Source of the DNA: Chitinophagales bacterium
Lineage (GTDB): Bacteria > Bacteroidota > Bacteroidia > Chitinophagales > JADJOU01
Length of the DNA stretch: 64,000 bases
Direction of reading: 5' to 3'
Assembly: GCA_044368655.1 (NCBI GenBank)
Contig: JBIPPB010000002.1
Coordinates: 8,479-72,478 of the forward strand
Part shown: piece after piece, positions 18,625 to 28,719 of the stretch
How the letters are laid out: every line of letters starts with the position of its first letter
Numbering within the stretch: position 1 is the stretch's first letter
The notes under the pieces: model-generated
The model's database searches: none
Told to the model about the DNA's origin: nothing
The model's input: only the letters and a program-made list of their open reading frames with translations
Program-made: the position numbers and the translations under genes

Positions 18625-20643
18625 TTATTTTAGTTTATCTAGTTTTTCTTGAAAAGAAAACATTTGATCGCGATAGGTCGCCGCTTCGATAAATTGCATG
18701 GCTTTAGAAGCATTATTCATTTTCTTTTTTAAATCGGTTATTTTTGACTCTAAATCATTTTTAGAATATATCATTTCGTCTTCGGCAGCCATATTTATAG
18801 GAGATTCTTGAGGTAAATAGCTGCTTTCGCGAATGTCAATAACAGAGGTGGATTTAAATATTTCGTCATGCGATTTTATAATCGTTTTTGGTGTAATGCC
18901 ATGTTTTAAATTGTATTCAATTTGAATTGCTCGTCGTCGTAAAGTCTCATCGATTGTTTTTTGCATCGATTTGGTAATTTTATCGGCATACATGATGACG
19001 CGCCCATTGGAGTTTCTTGCGGCTCTTCCCGCTGTTTGCGTTAATGATTTTTCATTTCTCAAAAAGCCTTCTTTGTCGGCATCTAAAATTGCAACCAAAC
19101 TTACCTCGGGCAAATCTAATCCTTCTCGAAGTAGATTAACACCAATTAAAACATCAAAATCGCCGATACGAAGTCCTCTTAATATTTCCACACGATCCAA
19201 CGTGTCTACATCGCTATGAATGTATCTCGAACGGATTTGTAGATTAGTTAAATATTCGTTGAGTTCTTCGGCCATTCTTTTTGTTAGCGTGGTAATTAAT
19301 ATTCTTTCATTGGCTTGTATCGTCAAATCAATTTCTTTTAATAAATCATCGATTTGATTTAATGTTGGGCGAACGTCAATTTCAGGATCTAGTAATCCTG
19401 TTGGACGAACAATTTGTTCTACAATGATACCTTCACTTTTTTCCAATTCATATTCTGAAGGCGTGGCGGAAACATAAATTTTTTGAGTCGTTAATGTTTC
19501 AAATTCATCAAATTGCAACGGGCGATTGTCCAACGCCGAAGGAAGTCGGAATCCATATTCTACTAAATTCATTTTTCGAATTCGGTCGCCGCTATACATC
19601 GCTCGGACTTGAGGTATGGTTACATGACTCTCATCAATTACGCAAAGAAAATCTTCAGGAAAGTAGTCCAATAAACAATAAGGTCTTTCGCCTTCATTTC
19701 TTTGGTCGAGATATCTACTGTAGTTTTCGATACCACTACAATAACCAAGCTCGCGCATCATCTCAATATCAAAATTGACCCGCTCTGTAAGTCGCGCAGC
19801 TTCAATATGTTTTCCAATACTTTTCATATATTCCACCTGAATATTCAAGTCATCTTGTATTTGATGAATACAATGAATTAATAAGTCTTTTGGCGTTACA
19901 TACATATTGGCAGGAAAAATCGCCAAATGGGTTTTGGATTCAATTTTACGGTTGGTTATTGGATTGAAGCTTTCAATCTCTTCGATGGTATCATCAAAAA
20001 AAGAAACGCGATATCCGATGTCTGCATATGGAAGGAAAATTTCAACTAAATCTCCAATCACCCGAAATGTGCCTCTTGATAAATCTGTAGTAGTTCGGCT
20101 GTAAAGCGATTCAACCAATCGAGCTAGAAAGAAATTTCGCGCCATTTGAATTCCAACAGCAATTTGAATAACGCCTTTGGCGTATTCGTGCGGATTCCCC
20201 ATACCATATATGCTTGACACAGAGGCTACAACTAAAATATCCTTTCGGCCCGAAAGTAAGGAGGCCGTACAAGAAAGTCTTAATTTTTCAATTTCTTGAT
20301 TAATACTTAAATCTTTTTCAATATACGTGTCGCTTTTTGGAAGATAGGCTTCGGGTTGATAATAATCGTAATACGAAACAAAATACTCAACTGCATTATC
20401 AGGGAAAAATTGCTTGAATTCACCGTAAAGTTGAGCTACTAATGTTTTGTTGTGCGTAATAACTAAAGTAGGGCGCTGAATTTGTGAAACTACATTTGCA
20501 ATTGTAAACGTTTTTCCGCTTCCTGTAACGCCTAGTAAGGTTTGATGCGCCAATTGATTATCAAGACCTTCTACCAAAGATTGAATCGCCTTTGGTTGAT
20601 CGCCTGCAGGTTTGTAATTCGAAACAATTTGAAATGCGCTCAC
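18625..20643 (-). CDS. uvrB: Excinuclease ABC subunit B
   Basis: Walker A GVTGSGKT, the helicase motifs, and a C-terminal UVR motif (AMQFIEAATYRDQM). Confidence 0.95.
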   Translation of the reverse strand: MSAFQIVSNYKPAGDQPKAIQSLVEGLDNQLAHQTLLGVTGSGKTFTIANVVSQIQRPTLVITHNKTLVAQLYGEFKQFFPDNAVEYFVSYYDYYQPEAYLPKSDTYIEKDLSINQEIEKLRLSCTASLLSGRKDILVVASVSSIYGMGNPHEYAKGVIQIAVGIQMARNFFLARLVESLYSRTTTDLSRGTFRVIGDLVEIFLPYADIGYRVSFFDDTIEEIESFNPITNRKIESKTHLAIFPANMYVTPKDLLIHCIHQIQDDLNIQVEYMKSIGKHIEAARLTERVNFDIEMMRELGYCSGIENYSRYLDQRNEGERPYCLLDYFPEDFLCVIDESHVTIPQVRAMYSGDRIRKMNLVEYGFRLPSALDNRPLQFDEFETLTTQKIYVSATPSEYELEKSEGIIVEQIVRPTGLLDPEIDVRPTLNQIDDLLKEIDLTIQANERILITTLTKRMAEELNEYLTNLQIRSRYIHSDVDTLDRVEILRGLRIGDFDVLIGVNLLREGLDLPEVSLVAILDADKEGFLRNEKSLTQTAGRAARNSNGRVIMYADKITKSMQKTIDETLRRRAIQIEYNLKHGITPKTIIKSHDEIFKSTSVIDIRESSYLPQESPINMAAEDEMIYSKNDLESKITDLKKKMNNASKAMQFIEAATYRDQMFSFQEKLDKLK

Positions 20644-20660
20644 GTATGGAATTTAATTTG

Positions 20661-20668
20661 CAAAGATA
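20661..20668 (-). promoter_or_regulatory. Candidate -7 promoter box for uvrB
   Basis: The minus strand reads TATCTTTG(CA), 17 nt upstream of the uvrB start. Confidence 0.4.
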
Positions 20669-20770
20669 GTTTAAATATTATTTAAATTGAGAAATCTAAA
20701 ATAACGTTATGTTTAAATTATAAATTCTCACTATATGTAAAATTTAAAATCCAATTCATGGTTTTTTATT

Positions 20771-20778
20771 TATATTTG
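20771..20778 (+). promoter_or_regulatory. Candidate -7 promoter box for the GS-III gene
   Basis: TATATTTG(CA) lies 19 nt upstream of the ATG at 20798. Confidence 0.45.
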
Positions 20779-20797
20779 CACTCAAAATTTAAAAATT

Positions 20798-22999
20798 ATG
20801 GCAAATAACGCTCGTTTTGACTTAATGAACATGTCTATAAGTCGAAAAAAAGTAGAAATAGAAAATATTTCAAATAAAGTTTCAGATTATTTTGGTTGTA
20901 ATGTATTTGGTAAAAACACTATTGAGAAATATGTGAGTTATTCCATTTTTCAAAAATATATAGATAGTATTGAGAAAAATGAAAAAATGGATAGAGAAGT
21001 CGCTGCTCAAATAGCGCAAGGAATGAAGCAGTGGGCAATTGAAAAAGGCGTTAAATCCTATACACATTGGTTTCAACCTTTAACAGGCTTGACCGCAGAA
21101 AAACACGATTCGTTTTTTATGCCTGATAATGATGGGAACGCCATTGAATATTTTGGTGCAAGTAATCTAATTCAACAAGAACCGGATGCATCAAGTTTTC
21201 CAAATGGAGGCATCCGTCAAACTTTTGAAGCAAGAGGTTATACGGCTTGGGATCCAACTTCTCCGGCTTTTATAATTGAAACGGAGAGTGTTAAAACATT
21301 ATGTATTCCAACGATATTTATTAGCTATACAGGAGAAACATTAGATTATAAGGCGCCGCTTTTAAAATCAATTCATGCATTAGAAAAAGCCGTTTTGCCT
21401 GTTGTTAATTATTTTGATAAGTCCGCAACAAAAATTACAGCTACGTTAGGCTGGGAGCAAGAATATTTTTTAATTGACGAGGCATTATTTTATGCACGTC
21501 CAGATCTAGTTCACACGGGTAGAACATTAATTGGAGCGATTCCTGCTAAAGGTCAGCAATTAGAAGATCATTATTTTGGAGCGATTCCGGAGCGTATGCT
21601 AGATTATATGGCGGATTTAGAAAAAGAATGTCATAAATTAGGCATTCCAGTTCGTACACGTCATAACGAGGTTGCACCAAGTCAGTTTGAATGTGCTCCA
21701 ATGTTTGAAGAGTGCAATGTGGCGGTAGATCATAATCAACTTTTGATGGATGTGATGGAGCGTGTGGCTAAAAAACATAAATTGAGAGTTTTATTTCATG
21801 AAAAACCGTTTAAAGGTGTTAATGGAAGCGGAAAACATAACAATTGGAGTATGAGCACCAATACAGGCAAAAATCTACTTTCTCCAGGTAAGACTCCAAA
21901 AAACAATTTATTGTTTTTGACGACATTTATAAACGTGATTGCAGCCGCAGCTAATTATGCCGATTTAATTCGCGCAAGTATCGCTTCAGCGAGTAATGAC
22001 CATCGATTAGGCGCCAACGAAGCCCCGCCCGCAATCATTTCTGTTTTTATTGGAGATGCGCTTACTAAAGTTTTAAAAGATATTGAAACAACCGTAAGTG
22101 ATGAAAAACAAGACGAAATCGTTACGGAAGATATTAAATTAAATATTCATAATAGCATTCCAGAAATTTTATTGGATAATACAGATCGAAATCGTACGTC
22201 TCCATTTGCATTTACAGGTAATAAATTTGAAATCAGAGCCGTTGGTTCCTCTGCAAATTGTGCGGCAAATATGATTGTGATAAACACAATTGTAGCGAAT
22301 CAGTTCAAAAAATTTAAAGAAGATGTTGAGAATTTAGTTAAAAATGAAGGAGAAAAAAGAGAAGCGGCAATCATTCGTATTCTAAAAAAATATATCGTTG
22401 AAAGTAAGCATATATTATTTGAAGGCGACAATTATAGTAAAGAGTGGGAGATAGAAGCTCAAAAACGTGGTTTGAATAATGTGAAAACAACCCCACAAGC
22501 ATTGGATTTCTTTTTAGAAAAGAAAAATATGGATGTCTTTATTGAAAATGGCGTTTTTTCGGCACGAGAAATTGAAGCTCGTCAAGAGATTTTAAATCAT
22601 AATTATTTGCTTAAAGTTCAAATTGAAGGTCGTTTGATTGGCGAAATGGCAGTAAATTATGTTATTCCGGCTGCGGTTCGATACCAAAATGAATTATTGA
22701 CCAATATTAAACTTCAGAAAGAAATAGGAATGTCGGAATCTTCATATCAAGGAACTTTTGAACTGGTTGAAAGTATTTCGAATCATATCAATAATTTGAA
22801 ATCATTTGTTGATCAAATGATTGAAAATCGTAAAAAATGTAATAAAATTGAGCATGCATCAGATAAAGCAAAAGCTTATTGTGAATCGGTCTTGCCTTTA
22901 TTTGATGATATTCGATACCATTCCGACAAATTAGAACAATTTGTAGATAATACACTTTGGACATTACCGAAATATAGAGAAATTTTGTACATTAAATAG
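20798..22999 (+). CDS. glnN: Glutamine synthetase type III
   Basis: About 730 aa, the size typical of GS-III. Motifs NEVAPSQFE, GSGKHNNWS and RNRTSPFAFTGNKFEIRAVGSS are present. Confidence 0.9.
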   Translation: MANNARFDLMNMSISRKKVEIENISNKVSDYFGCNVFGKNTIEKYVSYSIFQKYIDSIEKNEKMDREVAAQIAQGMKQWAIEKGVKSYTHWFQPLTGLTAEKHDSFFMPDNDGNAIEYFGASNLIQQEPDASSFPNGGIRQTFEARGYTAWDPTSPAFIIETESVKTLCIPTIFISYTGETLDYKAPLLKSIHALEKAVLPVVNYFDKSATKITATLGWEQEYFLIDEALFYARPDLVHTGRTLIGAIPAKGQQLEDHYFGAIPERMLDYMADLEKECHKLGIPVRTRHNEVAPSQFECAPMFEECNVAVDHNQLLMDVMERVAKKHKLRVLFHEKPFKGVNGSGKHNNWSMSTNTGKNLLSPGKTPKNNLLFLTTFINVIAAAANYADLIRASIASASNDHRLGANEAPPAIISVFIGDALTKVLKDIETTVSDEKQDEIVTEDIKLNIHNSIPEILLDNTDRNRTSPFAFTGNKFEIRAVGSSANCAANMIVINTIVANQFKKFKEDVENLVKNEGEKREAAIIRILKKYIVESKHILFEGDNYSKEWEIEAQKRGLNNVKTTPQALDFFLEKKNMDVFIENGVFSAREIEARQEILNHNYLLKVQIEGRLIGEMAVNYVIPAAVRYQNELLTNIKLQKEIGMSESSYQGTFELVESISNHINNLKSFVDQMIENRKKCNKIEHASDKAKAYCESVLPLFDDIRYHSDKLEQFVDNTLWTLPKYREILYIK

Positions 23000-23010
23000 T
23001 TAAGTGTTTT

Positions 23011-23074
23011 AAAGTAACCGAGATATATCAAAATTTGTAATGTTTGGCAAATTTTGATATACTTTTGTTACTTT
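23011..23074 (+). terminator. Long compound hairpin after the GS-III gene (probable terminator); its 3' arm contains the next gene's -7 box
   Basis: Outer stem AAAGTAAC (23011-23018) pairs with GTTACTTT (23067-23074). Inner perfect 14-bp stem TATATCAAAATTTG (23024-23037) pairs with CAAATTTTGATATA (23048-23061), with a 10-nt loop. Confidence 0.55.
23060..23067 (+). promoter_or_regulatory. Candidate -7 promoter box for the trkH-like gene
   Basis: TACTTTTG lies 18 nt upstream of the TTG start at 23086 and is embedded in the hairpin's 3' arm. Confidence 0.35.
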
Positions 23075-23085
23075 AATTTATTAAC

Positions 23086-24849
23086 TTGAATCGAGAAAAC
23101 CTCGTCAATTATTTTGAACTGCTATTTAAATTTGCATTATGGTCAAGTTTAATAGGTGTTTTTTTATTTATAACGGATTTTGGATTTATTAAATCTTTTA
23201 AATCCGAACAATTGGTATTAAAATATTATTATTTTGTTTTGATTGTTGGTTTGGTTTCAACCGTCACAAAATTTTTTTATAAATTTCAAGATTTAAAAAA
23301 ATCCACTTTAATTTTTGATTCTTTAACCATATTTTTAACGTTAACAATTCTTTGGAATCGTTTTGTGAATGGGTACCATTTTGCTTTTTTTGATTTTTTA
23401 AAATATGATCTAATTGTTAAATTTGCAGTAGTTTTTACTTTTTTAAGAGAGTTTACGGATTTAAAGCTCAACTACAAAAGAAAAATTATAAATCCAGCTC
23501 AACTATTTGTTTTAAGCTTTTTCCTGCTTATCGTTTTTGGAGCGTTGTTACTTGCTTTACCTAAAGCCACGTATAATGGAATTAGTTTTATTGACGCTAT
23601 TTTTACATCAACTAGTGCTGTTTGTGTTACCGGATTGATTGTCGTTGACACCGCAACATATTTTACCCCCTTAGGGCAGTATATTATTCTATTTTTAATT
23701 CAGCTTGGCGGTTTAGGAATTTTGACTTTTGCGAGCTATTTTGCATATTTTTTTCGAGGGACTTCAACTTATGAAAATCAGTTAGCACTCAGCGACATGA
23801 ATCAATCCAATAAATTAAGTGAAGTTTTTTCTACAATAAAATATATTTTAATAATAACATTTAGTATCGAGTTTTTTGCCGCACTTTTTGTTTTTTTTAG
23901 TTTTGAGAAAAATATGTTTCCAACATTTTATGATCGAGCATTTTTCTCAATTTTCCATTCTATTTCTGCTTTTTGTAATGCTGGATTTTCAAATTACACG
24001 CTAGGACTTTATGATGATAGATTCAGATTTAATTATCCTTTACAATTTATATTAATGATGTCATTTGTTTTTGGCGGACTCGGTTTTTCTATCGTTTCAA
24101 ACGTTTTATCATATATCAAATATCGAATTTTAGCTTTCATTGGAAATGCAAGAAATCAACGAAATTATAGACCTTGGGTTCTCAACATCAACAGCAGAAT
24201 TACTTTAATTACAACAATATTAATTTCAACTTTTGCCTTTATCGTTTACTTTTCATTAGAATATCACAATACCTTATCGGAACATTCATTTATTGGAAAA
24301 ATAGTTACTGCAATGTTTACCGCCACGACACCCCGAACCGCTGGCTTTAATTCCGTAGATTTAACCTTGTTGAGCTATCCAACTTTAGTCATAATGCTTT
24401 TTTTAATGTGGGTAGGAGCGTCTCCGGCATCTACTGGTGGTGGTATTAAAACGAGTACCATAGCAATTGCAGTGTTGAATATATACAGCTTAATAATTGG
24501 TAAAAATAGAATTGAAATTTATCGAAGAGAAATCTCTGAGAATACCGTTCAAAGAGCATTTGCTACTATTATTTTATCCTTTTTTGTAATAGGATTGGGT
24601 ATTTCATTGATTTCCGTTTTTGACCCTAAAATCCCTTTGTTAAAAATTGCTTTTGAATGTTTTTCTGCATACAGTACTGTAGGTTTAAGTTTAGGGGTGA
24701 CGCCAATTTTAAGCTTAGGAAGTAAATGGGTTCTAATTGTATTAATGTTCATAGGGCGGGTTAGTATGCTTTCAATTATGATTGCAGTTTTTAAAAAGAT
24801 AAAACATAAAAATTATAGATATCCAAAAGAAGAAATAACAATAAACTAA
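23086..24849 (+). CDS. trkH: TrkH/KtrB-family potassium uptake membrane protein
   Basis: Polytopic membrane protein with repeated pore-loop motifs (TSAVCVTG, CNAGFS, RTAGFN, PASTGGGIKT, STVGLS). The TTG start from the ORF track is unverified. Confidence 0.8.
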   Translation: MNRENLVNYFELLFKFALWSSLIGVFLFITDFGFIKSFKSEQLVLKYYYFVLIVGLVSTVTKFFYKFQDLKKSTLIFDSLTIFLTLTILWNRFVNGYHFAFFDFLKYDLIVKFAVVFTFLREFTDLKLNYKRKIINPAQLFVLSFFLLIVFGALLLALPKATYNGISFIDAIFTSTSAVCVTGLIVVDTATYFTPLGQYIILFLIQLGGLGILTFASYFAYFFRGTSTYENQLALSDMNQSNKLSEVFSTIKYILIITFSIEFFAALFVFFSFEKNMFPTFYDRAFFSIFHSISAFCNAGFSNYTLGLYDDRFRFNYPLQFILMMSFVFGGLGFSIVSNVLSYIKYRILAFIGNARNQRNYRPWVLNINSRITLITTILISTFAFIVYFSLEYHNTLSEHSFIGKIVTAMFTATTPRTAGFNSVDLTLLSYPTLVIMLFLMWVGASPASTGGGIKTSTIAIAVLNIYSLIIGKNRIEIYRREISENTVQRAFATIILSFFVIGLGISLISVFDPKIPLLKIAFECFSAYSTVGLSLGVTPILSLGSKWVLIVLMFIGRVSMLSIMIAVFKKIKHKNYRYPKEEITIN

Positions 24850-24854
24850 TCATT

Positions 24855-25547
24855 ATGAAATATATCATTGTTGGACTTGGAAATTTTGGTGCTTCATTAG
24901 CAGAAAAGCTAACTGCACAAGGAAATGAAGTTATTGGAATAGACAACAGCATGGCCAAGGTGGAATTGTATAAAGAAAAAATTTCGCATACCATTTGTAT
25001 GAATGCTACCGATGAATTTACCATGTCGGGGTTGCCATTTGCCGATACCGATATCGTACTTGTGACTATTGGTGAGGATCAAGGCGCTAATGTTATGGCT
25101 ACGGCTTTGCTTAAAAACTTGCAAGTGAAGCGATTAATAAGCCGCGCCATTAATCCACTTCACGAAAAAGTGCTTCAAGCAATTGGCGTTGATGAAATTT
25201 TGCATCCCGAAGAAGAAACTGCCGAGCGATGGGCAAAAAAATTGTGTTTGAATAATGTGGTGGACTCGTTTGAATTGAGCGAAGATTATAGTATTATCGA
25301 AGCTAATATTCCAAAAGAATATGTAGGAAAAACGGTGCGTGAAATTGGGTTTAAAAGAAAATATAATTTGTTGGTATTAACGACAATTAAAAAAGTAGAA
25401 GTTAAGAGTTTATTAGGGAAGACTAAAATCGAACATCAGGTTCAAGGAGTAGCAGCGGCGGATTCTGTTTTAGATGATTCCGATATTCTTGTTTTGTATG
25501 GTTCTAATAAAGATTTACAAGTTTTTTTAAAGCAAAAACTCAAATAA
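24855..25547 (+). CDS. trkA: TrkA/KtrA-family potassium uptake regulatory subunit (RCK, NAD-binding)
   Basis: MKYIIVGLGNFGASLAEKL Rossmann motif, followed by a TrkA-C-like C-terminal half. It lies directly downstream of trkH. Confidence 0.8.
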   Translation: MKYIIVGLGNFGASLAEKLTAQGNEVIGIDNSMAKVELYKEKISHTICMNATDEFTMSGLPFADTDIVLVTIGEDQGANVMATALLKNLQVKRLISRAINPLHEKVLQAIGVDEILHPEEETAERWAKKLCLNNVVDSFELSEDYSIIEANIPKEYVGKTVREIGFKRKYNLLVLTTIKKVEVKSLLGKTKIEHQVQGVAAADSVLDDSDILVLYGSNKDLQVFLKQKLK

Positions 25548-25614
25548 ACAAAAGGTTTAAAATAATTATAAGATAAAATACTAAAAAAAATAGATTGATT
25601 AAAAACAATTTGTA

Positions 25615-25622
25615 TATATTTG
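25615..25622 (+). promoter_or_regulatory. Candidate -7 promoter box for the rpmB operon
   Basis: TATATTTG(CA) lies 19 nt upstream of the ATG at 25642. Confidence 0.5.
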
Positions 25623-25641
25623 CACCTCAATTTTAAGAACT

Positions 25642-25884
25642 ATGTCAAGAATTTGTGATTTAACTGGAAAAAGACCTCTTAAAGGGCATTATGTTTCACA
25701 TTCAAACGTGAAAACAAATAGAAGATTCTATCCGAATTTACAGGTAAAAAAGTTTTTTGTACCTGAATTAAATCAATGGATCATGTTGAAATTAAGTATG
25801 GCTGCTTTGCGTACTATCGATAAAAAAGGTATTTTTCAATACTTAAAAGATATGGAACGTAAAGGTAATCTTCAAATCAAATAA
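25642..25884 (+). CDS. rpmB: 50S ribosomal protein L28
   Basis: [34 protein letters not shown] is the canonical L28 N-terminus. Confidence 0.95.
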   Translation: MSRICDLTGKRPLKGHYVSHSNVKTNRRFYPNLQVKKFFVPELNQWIMLKLSMAALRTIDKKGIFQYLKDMERKGNLQIK

Positions 25885-25916
25885 TTTATAAATAAAATTT
25901 ATTAAATCTTAGCGAT

Positions 25917-26105
25917 ATGGCAAAGAAGGCAAAAGGTAATAGAATACAAGTAATCTTAGAATGTACAGAACATAAAGACAGTGGAGTAGCTGGTACATCA
26001 AGATATATTACCACAAAAAATAGAAAAAATACTCCAGATCGTATTGAATTGAAAAAGTTCAACGCGACTTTAAGAAAATATACTATTCACAAAGAGATAA
26101 AATAA
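25917..26105 (+). CDS. rpmG: 50S ribosomal protein L33
   Basis: [40 protein letters not shown] is canonical L33. Confidence 0.95.
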   Translation: MAKKAKGNRIQVILECTEHKDSGVAGTSRYITTKNRKNTPDRIELKKFNATLRKYTIHKEIK

Positions 26106-26113
26106 TATAAGTT

Positions 26114-26287
26114 ATGGCAAAGGTATCGAAAAATGCGAAAACGAACAGACAGGCGCAAGAAGGTTCTAAAGATTATGTAAAAGTAATCACAGCTGAGAAA
26201 TCTGCTAAGTCAGGTGCGTACCAGTTTCGTGAGAAAATCATTCACAAAGATTTAGTGAAAGATTATCTTGCTACAAAAAAACAATAG
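26114..26287 (+). CDS. DUF4295-family small basic protein (57 aa), absent from the supplied ORF track
   Basis: Hand translation from the ATG at 26114 gives MAKVSKNAKTNRQAQEGSKDYVKVITAEKSAKSGAYQFREKIIHKDLVKDYLATKKQ, ending at the TAG at 26285-26287. It starts 8 nt after rpmG and is followed by a terminator. This position and size are typical of DUF4295 in Bacteroidota. Confidence 0.7.
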   Translation: MAKVSKNAKTNRQAQEGSKDYVKVITAEKSAKSGAYQFREKIIHKDLVKDYLATKKQ

Positions 26288-26316
26288 TCAAATATTAATA
26301 TTTGTAAAATTTATTA

Positions 26317-26347
26317 AGCAACTTCATTTGAAGTTGCTTTTTTTTTG
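26317..26347 (+). terminator. Rho-independent terminator of the rpmB-rpmG-DUF4295 operon
   Basis: Stem AGCAACTTC / GAAGTTGCT with loop attt, followed by T9. Confidence 0.85.
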
Positions 26348-26377
26348 TTTTTTTCTCAAAATCTTATTTAATTTCAT

Positions 26378-26385
26378 TATATTTG
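26378..26385 (+). promoter_or_regulatory. Candidate -7 promoter box
   Basis: TATATTTG(CA) lies 22 nt upstream of the ATG at 26408. Confidence 0.45.
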
Positions 26386-26407
26386 CATTAAGAAACAATT
26401 CTATGAT

Positions 26408-28699
26408 ATGAAAATAAGAGTCTTTTTTTTAGTTTTTTTATTATCTTCTTATTCTGTATATAGTCAAGAATTGTATAAAGTTAATTATCTTGAATTTCAA
26501 AATCAAAATGGTGTACGTTTAAAAAATCCTTTTACGGGGGGACTCATCACTCCAATTTTTAATCAAATTGATTTAAATCTTGATGGTGTATTGGATTTAG
26601 TAGTTTTAGATCGAAATGGTTTAATGTGGCGTGCCAGCACGTATATAAATGAAAATAATAGTTATGTATATCGGCCAAAATACGAAAAGTCATTTGCTGC
26701 ATTTACCGATAAATTTCTATTAAAAGATTTTAATTGCGATGGGATTCCAGATATGGTATTACTTAAAAATTCATCGCCTGCTTCGATATATAAAGGTGTT
26801 TTAAAATCTTCAGACACCTCTTTTTCGTTTACTTTTATAAAAGAAATCGCAACATTTGATACTAATTATATTAATGGTAATCCGATTATTCAAAAATATG
26901 TTTTGCCTTATAATGTCAATTCAATTCCTCAAATTGTAGATATTGATCAAGATGGTGATTTGGATTTTATGACCAATCGAGATTTTTTATCTGCAGAGCT
27001 AAATGTCATCACCGTATTCAAAAATTTACAAAAAGAAAAGCAATTGTCTTGTGACTCCTTTCATTTTTCAAAAATGGATGATTGGGGTAGCTTTAAGGCT
27101 TATATTGACACCAATCTTAATAACCCCATTACGATAAGACCAAGACATAGTGAGTATCAATATTTATGGCATTTAGATGCCAATAATGATAAAAAAATCG
27201 ATGTTGTAATTACGGATGAAATGTTTAATAATGCGCCACTAGGACTCAATGTTGGAATTGGTAATAAAGATACAATACGTATGTTTGATACGTTTTTCCC
27301 TAAACAAACACAATCAATTGATTTCTTTGGATCGATAGGTTATTGGATGGATGTAGACCAAGACAATCGTAAAGATATTTTAGTTGGATTTATTACGGAA
27401 AGAGAAAAAACAGATCCTTTAGATACTGGAAAAAGACTTAATGACGATGTAGATGTTTGTTATTTTTATAAAAATTATAAGAAAAGTGGACCAATAGCTC
27501 CAGGCGTTTTTGATAGTTTTGTTCGAAAAAGTTTTTTCTTATCTCCCGACAATATTGATGTAGGTACGGCTTCTTTCCCTTTATTTTACGATTATGATAA
27601 CGATAATAAAATGGATATTTTAATTTCCAATAACTATCGGATTACAAGAAATGATCGCATTGCGTCAATTACTTTATATAAAAATATAGGAACTCTAGAT
27701 TCGCCTATTTTTAAATGGATTACAGATGATTATTTAAACTTTAGACAACGAAAGGTATTGAATTTGAAAATGTCTAAAGGCGATTTAAATGCGGATTCTG
27801 TTCAAGATTTGATTTTCATTTTTGATATCAAAGGTGCTCAAGATAAGCGTATCGCTTGGTATATCAACCCAAAAGATGGTACAACACAATATAATACAAA
27901 AGATTGGACTGAAATTACGGATAATAATACTGTCGAAAATTGGAGCAGTTTGAGAGGCGCATCGCCCCTTTTGATGGATTTGAATAAAGATAATCTTTTA
28001 GACTTAATTATTGGTAGTGATTACCGATTAAGTTACGTTTTAAATTCGGGTACTAAAAATGTACCATTGTTTAAAATAGCACAATCCAAATTTAATTATT
28101 ATAGTTGGGACTATAATATTCAAAATCAAACCCCATTTCTTTCTCAAGATAATAAATTACTTATTTCTTGTTATGATGCCTATGATTCCGAATTGAATAA
28201 AGTGATGGAGCTAACAACCGTTTTGTCTTCAGATTCTTCGGCTAAAGTAATTGATTCCAATGTGTTTGGATATTTTTCGGAACATCAAATTCATTTTACC
28301 ATAGCGGATATAAATAATGATACGTTTTCAGATTATCTAATGGGAAATAGTTTGGGTGGGGTTAAATTATTTACGACAAATAAAAATTTGGGCGAATCTT
28401 TTTCGCGGCCTAATCCAAAACCAATTGATTCCTCAAGTATAATAGAATCTAAAAAAGTGGTTAATTTTTTAATTTTCCCTAATCCTGCTAATCATTTTAT
28501 TAATATTAAGGCTTCGGATCATTTACCATTTGGTGTTTCGGTATATAATCTAAAAGGTCAATTGATTCTAAGTAAAAACGATTGTAGGTCCGAAGTTCAG
28601 CTTGATGTCCAAAATTTCGCAGAAGGTACTTATTATCTTCAGCTAGAGGTAATGGATCAAACTCAAAAACAATCATTTCCCTTTATTATTCGTAAATAA
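26408..28699 (+). CDS. FG-GAP/VCBS repeat protein with a T9SS type A C-terminal sorting domain
   Basis: Signal peptide present. Repeated Ca-binding-like loops occur (DLNLDGVLDLVV, DIDQDGDLDF, DVDQDNRKDILV, DYDNDNKMDILI, DLNKDNLLDLII, DINNDTFSDYLM). The C-terminus FLIFPNPANHFINIK..VSVYNLKGQLIL..GTYYLQLEV is TIGR04183-like. Confidence 0.7.
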   Translation: MKIRVFFLVFLLSSYSVYSQELYKVNYLEFQNQNGVRLKNPFTGGLITPIFNQIDLNLDGVLDLVVLDRNGLMWRASTYINENNSYVYRPKYEKSFAAFTDKFLLKDFNCDGIPDMVLLKNSSPASIYKGVLKSSDTSFSFTFIKEIATFDTNYINGNPIIQKYVLPYNVNSIPQIVDIDQDGDLDFMTNRDFLSAELNVITVFKNLQKEKQLSCDSFHFSKMDDWGSFKAYIDTNLNNPITIRPRHSEYQYLWHLDANNDKKIDVVITDEMFNNAPLGLNVGIGNKDTIRMFDTFFPKQTQSIDFFGSIGYWMDVDQDNRKDILVGFITEREKTDPLDTGKRLNDDVDVCYFYKNYKKSGPIAPGVFDSFVRKSFFLSPDNIDVGTASFPLFYDYDNDNKMDILISNNYRITRNDRIASITLYKNIGTLDSPIFKWITDDYLNFRQRKVLNLKMSKGDLNADSVQDLIFIFDIKGAQDKRIAWYINPKDGTTQYNTKDWTEITDNNTVENWSSLRGASPLLMDLNKDNLLDLIIGSDYRLSYVLNSGTKNVPLFKIAQSKFNYYSWDYNIQNQTPFLSQDNKLLISCYDAYDSELNKVMELTTVLSSDSSAKVIDSNVFGYFSEHQIHFTIADINNDTFSDYLMGNSLGGVKLFTTNKNLGESFSRPNPKPIDSSSIIESKKVVNFLIFPNPANHFINIKASDHLPFGVSVYNLKGQLILSKNDCRSEVQLDVQNFAEGTYYLQLEVMDQTQKQSFPFIIRK

Positions 28700-28719
28700 A
28701 TTTTCATTTTTCAAGAATC

